A stretch of DNA of 64,000 nucleotides from Felis catus (Eukaryota), in NCBI RefSeq assembly GCF_018350175.1, contig NC_058368.1:193938001-194002000 (forward strand), given 5' to 3'. This document shows, in pieces, positions 49,588-61,031 of the stretch; the first letter of the stretch is position 1; each line of letters starts with the position of its first letter. The notes beneath the pieces are model-generated. The model did not search any database and was not told where the DNA came from. It was given only the letters and a program-made list of their open reading frames with translations. The translations under genes were made by a program, and so were the position numbers.

Positions 49588-52279
49588 TAGAAGTTTGTTG
49601 TTTCTCATGGACTTCTGAATTTACCAAATTTCCTTCTGTTGCCAATTTGAAATTTCAATATATTATAGTTAAGAAAAATACATTGTATAATTTTAATCAT
49701 TTTATATTTATTTAAACTTACTTAAATTTATATAAATTTGAAATTTATATTTTAAAATCTTTTTGCTTTCAATTTACTTGTATCTTTGAATTAAAGGTAT
49801 CTTTTAAAGACAACATAGAGCATTAGATAATATTTTAATCCCCTTTACCGATCTGTATGTTGTAATTGTAGCATTTAATCTATTGAAGTTTAATATAGTT
49901 GTCATTATGTCTGCCATTTTGATATTTGTTTTCTATAGGTGTTACATGTATATTTCTCCCCTCTATTTCTCCATTACTGCCTTCTGTGTTAAAATAGATA
50001 TTGTAGTATATCATTTTAATTTCCCTATTGCTTCTTTTTCTATAAATATTTTAATTATTTTCTTATGGCTGCCTTGTAGCAATGAAAATCTTCAATCTAG
50101 TTTGAATTAATACCAAATTAATTTCAATTGTACACAAAAACTTTGCTCCAGTTCCTCCTCCATCTTTCATATTGTCATACAAATTACATCTCTGTATATT
50201 AGAAGCCTGATAACAGTATTATAATTACTGTTTTACACAATTGTCTTTTAGATGAGATAGGAAAAGGAAAGAGTAACAAACAATAATACATTTCCATTGT
50301 CTTTTATATTTACCTATACATTTATCATTACCAGTGCCTATTATTTCATGAGGATTCAAGTACCTGTCTAGTGTCCTTACATTTCAGCCTAAAGGAAGTT
50401 TTTAGTATGTGTTGAAAAGCAGGTCTACTGGCAGTAAATTCTCTGATTTTTTTCTTTCCTGGAAACATCGTAATACTTCTGTCACTTTTAAAGAATACTT
50501 GGGCCATATATAGAATTCTTGGTTAGTGATGTTTTTATTTCAGCACTTTGAATATGTCATTTTACTGCCTTCTGGCATTTCTGGATTTTGATGAGAAGTC
50601 AGTTGTTAATTTTATTGAAGATCCCTTGTAGGTGATGAGTCATGTTTCTCTTGCTGATTTTAAGATTCTCTTTGTTTTTTAGTTTCATCAATTTGACTAT
50701 AATGTCCCTGGGTGTGGATCCCTTTGAATTTTCCTTCCTGGAATTCATTAAACTTCTTGAAAAATATACATTAATATTTTTTAAATCAAATTTGGAAAAT
50801 TTTTGACCATTATATTTTCAGTAATTCTTTCTGCCCTTTTCTCTCTCCTTTCCTTCTAGTTCTCTTGTTACGCCAGGTTCCTTTCAGAACCTGGATAATC
50901 TGAACTTACCTGTCTTCTACTTTACTGCTTCTTTCTTCTACCATGTCATATGTGCTGTTTGGCGCCTCTGCTGAATTTTTAATTTCATTTATTTTTCTTT
51001 TCGACTCCATAATTTCTTAACAATAACTTATCCATTCTCTATTTTGTGCGACTTATTTGCATAATTTCTTTTAATTCCTTTGGCATGATTTCCTTTAGTT
51101 CTTTGAATATGTCTAAAATACCTTATTTAAGGTCTTAGGCTAGAAATCCAATGTCTGGGCTTCCTTAGGAACAGTTGTCTACTGACTGCTTTCACATTTC
51201 TTATTTATAAGTTACACTTTCCTGTTTCTTGGTTTGTGTCTTAATTTTGTGCTGAAAATTAGAAATTTTAAATAGTATGATATGGTAACTCTAGAAATTA
51301 AATATTTTCTTCCTCAGGGTTTGTTATTGTTGCTTGTTTGTTTAATGACTCCTGGACTAACTTTTTAATGTTTGTACTCTTTGTCATGTGTGGTCACTGA
51401 AGTCTCTGCTCATTTAGCTCAGTAGACAGACACTTTCTTAATTGCCTCAAACAAATGAATCATCTGGTCTTTGCTGAGGGGTTTTGTCTGTTGGAGTATA
51501 CATTAAACCCTCCAGCAGGCAGTTTACAACTCAGCCTTAACATTCACATTCAGCTAGGAAGTGCCTCAAAATCACACAAAGGTCTTTATCAGGTCTTTCC
51601 TTGGCATGCCCATAGCTATGTGCTTATGCACAATCTTCTAAATTCCTAGGGGTATGTGATAGCTATACAAAGTACTCTATGAACATGTTATTGTTCATTT
51701 TTACCACTAAAATTTTTAGGCAGTCTCTTGTTATACACACTGGTAAGGCCACCTTGGGCAGTTGCAGTGTTGAATAATTGTAACTGAGTATTAAGAGCTT
51801 TACCCATATGGTATTTGTTAAAAACAAAGTGAGCTCTGAATGAGCTGAAGTTAAGACCAGCCCTGAGAATAGAGCTTTTCAGCATATTAGCTGCCAGACA
51901 TATCAAATAGTGAAAAATTTCTGGAGATGAGCCTTTTAGGGATCTTCAAGTTTGTTTTGGCTCTTCTAGTGGCTTCTATGTTGCTGGTGTTCATAGCTAC
52001 TCTAGGTTTTAGTTGGTTTTCCAAGCTACCGTGGTATAGGGAAAATGTGATGGGATGAGGGTAAGTTAAAATGTCATAAAGCTTGTTATTCTTACCAATA
52101 TTCAGCCCTTTTCTTGTATGAACACTCCTCAGATCATTGCTTGCCTTTAGTTAATTTCCAGAGTTCTGAATATGCTGATTTTGACAGTTTTTGCCAATGT
52201 CTTCATTGGTTTTATGGAGGAGCAGTTCTTAAGAACTCAGAGGTTCTTATTCTGCCATTCTAGAAGTCACCTCCTTAAG

Positions 52280-52430
52280 AAAGTCTTCTGAACCTACTGA
52301 GGCTTCATTCTTCTGTAAAATAAGAATGATAACACCTACGTCATAAAAATCGTTGTAAATATTTAATGAGGGTAATGTGAATAAAGACTCACAGAAACCA
52401 TGTCACGTCATAGGCATATTACATATGCTA
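52280..52430 (+). mobile_element. MIR 3' half (5' half at ~34520-34596)
   Basis: 'ttcttctgtaaaataagaatgataacacctacgtcataaaaatcgttgtaaatatttaatgag' continues the MIR begun by 'cactactagttgtatgttcttgagaaatt'. Confidence 0.7.
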
Positions 52431-52529
52431 CTGCCTTTTTTATTTCCTCAGTTGAGAAATCTAGAGAGTGATAACACAATTAGATTATGATGACCTAACA
52501 TCATACTTTTGTCTAGAAACTTCTTTCAG

Positions 52530-53117
52530 CCTATATTAGAAGCTTATCCACCAGTGGCAAATGATAGACACTTGATTCAAACAGATTAAAGTCAAAGTAA
52601 AGTAAAGGGAAGGATTTATTACTTTACATGTCTGAAAAATTCATTGCTATACTGACCTTAGGTATTACTGGATTCATATATTCCATATTGCCACAAATAC
52701 CATCCCTAAGCAACTTTTCTTTCTTCTCTGATGGATTTATTGTCGGGTAGACTCTCTCCTATGTTGCCAATTTGCTAACCAGAAACAATGGTCCAGAATT
52801 CTATCAGATTGGGATCCCCAATAGAATGAGATCACCTCTTTGTCATTATTTCTAGCATACATTTGGAATTATTCTAGTTGGATATATTTAGGACATGTGT
52901 CTCTTCCTACACACATCACTGTTGCAGGGAAATTATATATGTCAATTGGCCCAACCTGAGTTATATCCCATTCTTGGACCTAGGAGTTAAATCAGTCAAA
53001 TATATATACATATTTATGAATACACATATACACACACACACACATATATACACGTATTCACACACACACATATATATATATACACACACGTATATATATA
53101 TACACGTATTCACACAG

Positions 53118-53156
<39 letters not shown>

Positions 53157-53310
53157 CATCATATATACCTATACACACATATACACACACATGTGCATGT
53201 ATATATGTGTGTATGTATATATGTGTGTATATATAAGTATATATGTAGTCTGAAGTTGATATAGGGATACTTTCCCAAAGGTTAATTTAATTCTGAGAAG
53301 AATGAAACAA
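52530..53310 (-). mobile_element. MLT1K-like LTR relic containing a (TA/CA)n microsatellite
   Basis: 'gtggcaaatgatagacacttgattcaaac...ggatttatt', 'attggcccaacctgagttatatcccattcttg'; low-complexity repeat at ~53000-53245. Confidence 0.6.
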
Positions 53311-53644
53311 GTCTTTGACCAAATCTGCCATGTCTCATAATACCTGAATAGTTTTCTTTCTCTAATCCCATTTTCTCCAAACAAGTTAAGTCAAAGAGTT
53401 TTCAAAAGTATATAATTCCATTAGAGGCATAGGTCCACTGTGCATGCATGGAATATTGTATAGGAATAACACGTGATATAGGACATATTGGAAGTCTAAA
53501 TATTCAGTGTTGCCATTGATGGTGTAGTAGGTTACAAATGAAAAGATATAAATACTGAAGCCATTATGAATTTTTGTTAATGAAGGAGGTGGAACTTCAG
53601 CTGACCTCTTGAAGGATGACCATTCAGAAATGCGCAGAGTAACA

Positions 53645-53859
53645 GGGGCATCTGGGTGGCTCATTCGGCTAAGCATCTGACTTTGGCTCAAGTCATGATC
53701 TCACATTCCATGAGTTCAAGCCCCATGTTGGGCTCTGTGCTGACAGCTCGGAGCCTGGAATCTGCTTTGAATTCTGGGTCTCCCTCTCTCTCTGCCCTTC
53801 CCCCACTCATGCTCTGTCTCTCTCTGTCTCAAAAATAAATAAACATTAAAATTTTTTTT
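53645..53859 (+). mobile_element. CAN-SINE (SINEC_Fc)
   Basis: SINE core; TSD agaaat(gcgc/acac)agagtaa (53626-53642 / 53860-53876). Confidence 0.96.
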
Positions 53860-54138
53860 AGAAATACACAGAGTAAGAGAAAACTTGTTTCATGTAGGTG
53901 TATGGATGATAATAGTGATGATTAGGTTCATTTACTGTGTGTTGAGTCTATGCCAGGCATTGCCACTATGTTAAGTGCTTTGCTTGTGTTTTTTCATATT
54001 TTCATGGCATATCTGCTATTATTTCTGCTTAATGATAAAATTGAGACTTGGATAACTTTTTTAGTACCCAAGGTTGCTAAACTATTAAAGGGTAAACCCA
54101 TTTCTAAGCCAGATGACATGAATCCAGTCTTATTTCTT

Positions 54139-54404
54139 TTTTTTTTTTAATTTTTTTAAATGTTTATTTTTGAGAGAGAGGAACAGGAGGAATTCTTTTA
54201 AAATGTTTTTATTTGTTTTTTGAGAGAGAGAGAGAGAGAGAGAGAGCAAGCACACAAGCAGGGGAGGGGCAGAGAGAGAGGGAGACACAGAATCTGAAGC
54301 AGGCTCCAGGCTCTGAGCTGTCAGCGCAGAGCCCGATGCAGGGCTCGAACCTACAAACCATGAGATCATGACCTGCGCCGAAGTGGGACACCACCCTGAC
54401 GCCT
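54139..54404 (-). mobile_element. CAN-SINE with two 3' tails, inside a MIR
   Basis: Perfect 20-bp TSD tgaatccagtcttatttctt (54119-54138 / 54405-54424). Confidence 0.95.
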
Positions 54405-54689
54405 TGAATCCAGTCTTATTTCTTAATCACTTTTTACTTTGGCTCACGGTACACAGCTGTACCCATTCATTTGCATATATACTTCTCACTGGTTCCCAAC
54501 CACCTCATTTCAAATACTGTTGCTTTGAGATTGACTAGAATCTTGGCCATTGATACTTAGGTTTCTCTACCCTCCTTGAGATCTTGCCCCGTGATTAAGG
54601 AGCCCACAAAATGATGGCCTGTAAAAGCTTGAAGTGTCTTTGAAGATTGTGTAGCCCCTGTATCCTCGGATTTTGTTGTCCATAAAACC

Positions 54690-55000
54690 CCCCAGGGAAT
54701 ACATAAAAAATGTAAATTCTTCATTCTCATTATAACTCTTGAATTGGTGTGGGATCACAGTACACTGAGTTTTTGTAAATCTCCTGAGTTGACCTTGATA
54801 TATCCTAAGTTTTGAAGACTGATGATTCACCCCATTTGGTTTTCAAGCCTGATTGTATCTGGGAAGCTTTTCAACCTTATCTCTAGGATTCAAATTTAAT
54901 TGAGCTGGTGTACGGGCCAATCACTGTTTTTGTTTGCTTGCTTGTTTGTTTGTAAACTGCTTAGGTAATTTTAATGTACATCCAGGATTGGGAACCATTA
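54690..55000. mobile_element. Two MER5-like DNA transposon relics
   Basis: 'tttttgtaaatctcctgagttga...agttttgaagactg' and 'ttaggtaattttaatgtacatccaggattgggaacca'. Confidence 0.55.
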
Positions 55001-56177
55001 ATCTATGCCTCTTAAAGATCTAAAAGCTGAGAATAAGCAAAAGGAGAAAAAGTGGCCAAAGTCACAAGGCCCATGGGTGGCAACACTAGAATATGAACCT
55101 GAGTTTTCCTGTCTTTTTGTTCGGGATTCTTTGTGAAAACTCTCTCACATCATGTCATTTCCCTGAAACAACCTTTCTGTTTGTGTTGTTCCCACATTCG
55201 TGCAGGCATACATGACATGATTAGTGTCCTCAGGCCTCAGTAGAGCTCAGTTCAAGAAGAAATACAGGAGAGGGGAGTGAGAAGCCCCTCAAATTGTATT
55301 CCAAGTTAGCTGGACCATCCAAACAGAAACTCCTGCCCACTGTGTTGGGACACCCCACTCTATCCTCATCCCTGAAGCCTTTGTGGACTTCCAGCCTTCC
55401 TAGGAAGTGGTTAAAGATTCACAGTCTCTTGAGCCCCCACAATTTGTCCCAGTCACTGTACTAGACTTAGAAAAGTATCTATTGGTCCCTGGTAAGTGGG
55501 TAATTAAAAAAAAATCTTTGATTTCATTGTATTTTCTGTATTTTACTTTTATGAACTAAGGCTTTCCTGAACCAGTCTGTGGCTCTGTTGAACTCCTGAA
55601 GTGGCTTGCAGTTTGAACCTCTCTCTGTCCCTCCCTTGCTCATGCATGCACACATTTTTCTCTCTCTCAAATAAAAATTAACAAAAAATGTTTTCAAGTG
55701 ACTGACATAAATATGGATCACAGAGAACCACAAATCAAAGGACACTGTCCGATGAAAGGAAGGTAGAGTGAAACTGGAATGGTAGTGGCGTAAAATTAAA
55801 GCAAGGGACTACTAATCAGGAGGCCTAGATCTATTTACTCTGCAGACTTTCAGGCCCTGAGAGGTAAATATATCTACAACTTTCTACATCTTTAAAGTGA
55901 GGAGTCACTTTAGACTAACTTTGAAGTTCTTCCCAGCTTCAATACCCAGTGATTTGAGGTACACAATGTCTACTCCCAAAAACTTCTTTTGAGTGATTTC
56001 CATGTTCTCAGTGACATCTAATGAGTGGCCAAGTGACTAAGGGGATGAGACATACTGGGAAGATGATTAAAATTTGGCACTCTATATTTTTTTGTTTAAA
56101 TCCTCAAATCCTTGTAACATAGTGGTATTACCTCAATTGCTAGATAAGAAAGTATGGCTCAGAAAGGTTTAGCCAGA

Positions 56178-56475
56178 TTTTGTTTATGAGTGGAATCATA
56201 TGGTATCTAATGGTTGCCAAAGAAGAGGGGATGGGAGATGGGCAAAATGGGTGAAGGGTAGTAGGAGATATAGGCCTCCAGTTATGGAATAAACAAATCA
56301 TGGGAATAAAGGCACAGCCTAGGAAAATATAGTCAGTGGCATTGTAATATTGATGTAATGGGACAGATAGTTGTCACACTTGTGGTAAACATAGAATAAG
56401 GTAAAAATGTGTCGTATCACTAAGTTTAACACCTGAAACTAATGTAACATTGTGTGTCAATAGTAAAAAAAGAAA
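56178..56475 (+). mobile_element. Carnivore L1 3' UTR fragment
   Basis: 'ggcaaaatgggtgaagggtagtaggagatataggcctccagttatggaataa...acacctgaaactaatgtaacattgtgtgtcaa'. Confidence 0.85.
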
Positions 56476-56564
56476 AATGTAGGCCAGGCACCAATAACCC
56501 TGGGAATACCCCAAATAAAAATAAGTATATTCCACTGGAACAGAATTAAGTAATCAAAGTTTCT

Positions 56565-56802
56565 TTCTTTTTTTTAGTTATTTTTTATTTATTACACTTT
56601 TAATTTCTTATTTTAGAGAGACAGTAGGGGAGAAGGGCAGACGGGGAGAGAGTAAGAGAGGTAGAGGGAGGGAGAGAATCCTAAGCAAGCTCCATGCTTG
56701 GCACGGAACCCAACAGAGGGCTTGATACCATGACCCTGGAATTATGACCTGAGCTAAGATCAAGAGTCAGATACTCAACCAACTGAGCTACCCAGGCTCC
56801 CC
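56565..56802 (-). mobile_element. CAN-SINE
   Basis: 'atgacctgagctaagatcaagagtcagatactcaaccaactgagctacccaggctcccc'; TSD aagta(a/g)tcaaa. Confidence 0.95.
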
Positions 56803-56948
56803 AAGTAGTCAAATTTCTTAGAGGAGGTATCAGAATGGAACAAAATAAAATAAAAAATCATTTTGGACAGATGAGCAATACTTAATGATATTTTCAAAGA
56901 AAATAATGTGCAGACTCAAAACACGTTGGCTAACAACAGTGGAAATAT

Positions 56949-57220
56949 AATAATGAGGATGAAAAAGAGAAGTGGAATGACTACCTTAGTGGATATTTAC
57001 TTCTTGCCAACTATTATGGAAAATGTCTCCAGTGGATTAACTCCTTTATCTCTACCTTACAAAAAGTCGTATGAAGTTGGTGCTTTTGTTGACCCCATTT
57101 TCAGGTGAAGAAACTTAGGATTAGAATCACATAAATAAACTGTCCAGTTTGTACAACAGATGGTGGAGCTGAGGCAACCCCAAGGAGTCTGACTCCGAAA
57201 TGTGTAGACTTTGCCACACA
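56949..57220 (-). mobile_element. MIR relic
   Basis: 'gaccccattttcaggtgaagaaacttaggattaga...ggtggagctgag...agtctgactcc'. Confidence 0.65.
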
Positions 57221-57799
57221 CCTGTACTATATGAAAGCTGGCCTATATTGATGTAGAATCAAGAAATGCTTCATTAGAGAAGGGGGTATTTGAGTTGTTG
57301 AAGTATGAGTAGGATTTTGTCTGGAGAAAATGTGACAGGACTCCCATCTGAAGGAGAGGCATGAGCTAAAATATGGAGAGGTATTTCTAGGAGAAGTCTT
57401 TGTGGTCTTTACAGGAACAATGTGTGAGGAATGAATAGGTGGCAAAGGCTAAAAGATAATTTGGACCTTGGTATTAAGCGGTCTCTAATATGTTAAAGTG
57501 TTTGAACGTTTTCCTATGGGCATCGGGAGGTGATTGAAAGTCTATGATGACAGCTGTGATGTGTTCTGATCTATGTTTGGAGAAGACTCTGACTGCAAGA
57601 TAATAACTCTGACCTTTCTCTGCTTGTGTTCCCAGCCCAGTGGGGCTTCTGGTTCGTGCCAGTAATCTCTGTGTGAGAAATCCAAACACTGACATGTTTT
57701 CCAGTTTGACTGGACATCTGAGGTTTTGACCTATAACTGATAGCGGGAGAGCTTGCATAAAAGTTTGCTGCGTCCTCCTATGATCACTAATTTATTTAT

Positions 57800-59030
57800 A
57801 CATTCATTCACCTGTTGTTTCACTGACTTGTTCATTTATATGATTATTTGTTCATAAATATTTATTGAGCAATCTTTCCTATGCCACATGCTATTCTTTG
57901 TACTGGTAATTCAAAATTGAATGCAATACAGTCCCTGCTTTCTGATGTGTCATTGTTTCATAGCAGAGTTAGACATTTCAGCCAACAATTGCAGTATAAT
58001 GAGCTAAGTAAAATTAGAGAAGTGTGTAATGAGCTTAACAGGTAGAAGCAATACACTCTGCTTTAATCATATCAAGGAATATGATATGATTGGGGAGTTT
58101 CTCAAAAAATGGAAAGTAAGCATGGAAGGAATATGCTCAGAACACTTGAACACTAGTACTTGAATGACTTGATGGGAAGAAGGCAAAGGGGTAAAGAAAG
58201 AGGAACTCATTCTAAGCAAGAGAATTAACATGTTTCTAGAGATGGGAAATAATGAGGAAGAGAAAGAGAAGTAGAATGACTACCTTAGTGGATATTTACC
58301 TCTTGCCAACTTTTATGGATAATGCCTCCAGTGTAAACTGCCTGTTTTAAGGATCCATATCTAAGAATATGTTAATTCATTGTGTAACAAAAATTTTAAG
58401 TTTATTCATTATGTAACAAAAATTTTAAGAGTGATGATATAAGCCCAGACAATGTGTTAAGACACTAGATTCACTGAGACGTGGCCCTACCCTCATGAAG
58501 CTTACTGAGTAGTGTAGAGACCGACCTTCATTAAGTCATCATACAGAAGTATAATTAAATACTTTGATAAAATGAGAAGACAGAAACACAGAGCAATGAG
58601 TGAGATGCCTGAGAGCATGCATAATTTGTGATGCCTGGAGCAGAGTGAAGTGGGAAGGGCAGTGACCAAACAGGATAGAATAAAACAAAAACAAAAATGA
58701 AAAACAGAGGACTGATCATGAAGGGCCTTGTATGCCAGGCATAGAAATAGGGACTTTATTCTATAGGCTTGTAGAATCATAGGTGAAATGTAAGCCAGGA
58801 AGAGGCATACTTAATTGTATATATTTGAGATACTCCATTTTTACAACAGCTTACACAACTGATTTGAGGTAGATATGACTAAAGATAGGGAGACTAATTA
58901 TCAGGCTCTTTGAGAAATTCTAGTAGATGATGAGAGTAGTCTGAAGCCATCAATGTGGGGAGCGAGAGAAGATTAAAGAAGTGGTATAAATATTAAGGGC
59001 TTAGAGACAATGGAACTTGCTGAACAGTTA
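57800..59030 (-). mobile_element. L2 relics
   Basis: 'aaatatttattgagcaatc...tgcca', 'gatcatgaagggccttgtatgccagg...gactttattct'. Confidence 0.7.
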
Positions 59031-59039
59031 AATTTGTGG

Positions 59040-59460
59040 CATATTTCTCAAGGTGTGATTGGGAACTTACTTGCATTAGAAGCTCCACCCTAGAGCAGCA
59101 GAATCAGACTCTCAGAAGCAGAGCCCAGGAGTCTGCATTTAGCCATTCCCCTCCCACCCCTACCAGCTGACTCTGAAATGCATAATGTTCGCTGTTCCCT
59201 GATCTAAAGGGATGTGGAGAATACCTACCTGTAAGATGACCTGTGGTTTCTGGCTGAGGAGTCAGAGGATAGTGGTATGATTGGTTCTCAATCTCGAATG
59301 TGCTCAGGATCGCTTGGGGCATTTGTTAAAATGCAGATCCTAGGCTGCCCCACCAGAGATTCTGTTTTTCTCTGGCCTGGATGTGAATCTGGGGAATCTC
59401 ATTCAAAAATACTTACGACAGGTAATTCCAAAGCAAGAGACATCATTTGGAGAGAAATCG
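59040..59460. mobile_element. Two MER5-like DNA transposon relics
   Basis: 'gaatcagactctcag...gcccaggagtctgcattt' and 'tggttctcaatctcgaatgtgctcaggatcgcttggggcatttgttaaaatgcagatcc'. Confidence 0.7.
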
Positions 59461-60869
59461 TGCCTAGTTACGTAACCTAGCTCACCTCACCATGTTGCCT
59501 CCTTGCCCTGCTTCCTTCTAACCACTCCAAATCCCTTGCCAGTGTGAATACTAAGAAATAAGTCCCAATGGGACAAATCATCCCTCGAGGTCCTTTTTTC
59601 TTTCCCTGGACTATGAACCTTCTGAGGGCAGGGGCCAGGTTTTTCTCAGTCTCACTCTAACCATAACACTCTGCAGGTACTAGGTTACTAACACATTTGT
59701 TATTCAAACTGCCAACATGGGAAAGTAACAAATATTTGTTAAACAGGGAAACCAGGGAAAATGCCTCATATGAGAGAAATTATTTAAACAGTCCATACTG
59801 ATGAGTAGTAGCATCAATAGGAGCTTAAGAGATTGTTTTTCCTGAATGTAGTATTTCCTCTATAAACAGCTATATTTAGCTTGCCCCCTATCCCATGTAA
59901 AATAAAATGAATGCAGCTGAAATGGACTCAACTACCACTAATGTGGTAGCTTGGGTTGATAGCATCTTTTTGGAGTCTTCAAAATTAGCATCGTAATTGT
60001 TCACATAAAATACCTGCTTGGCATGAGGTACTGTACTAATTTAAATTTACACCTCAGTAAGGGAAGTTTTCCAAGTAGATATTCTGGCTGCCTATCAGTC
60101 CTAAGAGCCTTGCTATGGTACCTCTCTAGGACAAACATTACATTTTAAACTGCTTTTGTTGGAGGCTGCATCTATCCGCTTCTTTTATCCCCACCCCCAA
60201 ATAATTCCATAATCATATATACAACTTGTTGGTTAGATCAGAAAATGTTTATTGCAGTGATCCATCTCTTTCCTTTTCCTGATGCTTCTGGAAGCTGCAG
60301 AATCTGTTGCTCAATTAACTAAAGGTCAGAGAGCTGTCAGCCTTTTCTCTCCCTGCTCCCTCACTGTCAGTTCAGTGACAGTGAGAGGAGCAGAAACCTC
60401 CAAGATGGGCGAGCACCACCAGAAATAGTCTCTGGTGAGTGGTATGTGGCCACGTTTCTGCACAGGCAGCAGATCCATGTGACTAAGTCCTCAGGCATGT
60501 ACTTGGTCACACTTTCCCATCAAGGTTCACAGAGAACCAGAGATGAGTTGATAAAACAGGATGCCAAAGGCTTCACATTTAATCACTAAAGCAGCACGGG
60601 AGGTTAGCCTACAGACTAGAAGCCTCCACCAAAAATTCAAAGTTCCTGGGTCAAGTTCCATCTCTGTGACCTTGGTGAGCCCAGCATCAGCTGCTTCAGA
60701 TCTATGTTCTCCAAGCTAATCCTGAAAGGAGTTTATTGACTCATTCATTCACTCATCAGGTGGGGCTGATGTTTTGTAAAGGGAATTATCTGCCTTTGGA
60801 ATCATTTGCAGTTCATTCATTTAACCAAGATGGCGAGCACCTGTAAGTTTTTTTTTGGACATTTGCCTT

Positions 60870-61031
60870 ACAGTAAATATTTTGGGCTACATGGACATAC
60901 AATTGCTATTGCAACTATCCAAATACTTTCTAATGTAAGTCAGCTGTAGACAACATGTAAACAAATGAGTGTGGCTGTGTACCAATAAAACATTATCTAT
61001 AAAAACATGTTCTCTAGTTTGCAGACTCCTG
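60870..61031 (+). mobile_element. MER58-like DNA transposon fragment
   Basis: 'agtaaatattttgggc...gacaacatgtaaacaaatgagtgtggctgtgtaccaataaaac...tagtttgcagactcctg'. Confidence 0.75.

Larger units (their letters stand above)
34597..52270 (-). mobile_element. Old L1M (L1MB-like) LINE, antisense, near full extent but heavily interrupted; splits a MIR
   Basis: 3' end at 34597-34687 ('aacagcttaatggaaatataattcatatacc') resumes at 43022; ORF2-derived sequence to ~49.9 kb, ORF1/5'UTR-derived to 'ttattctgccattctagaagtc' at ~52268; flanking TSD agaaattcttctta (34583-34596) / agaaagtcttctga (52278-52291). Confidence 0.8.

Noticed and set aside
52878..53264. 128-aa His/Thr/Ile/Tyr-rich ORF
   Set aside because: Translation of a (TA/CA)n microsatellite
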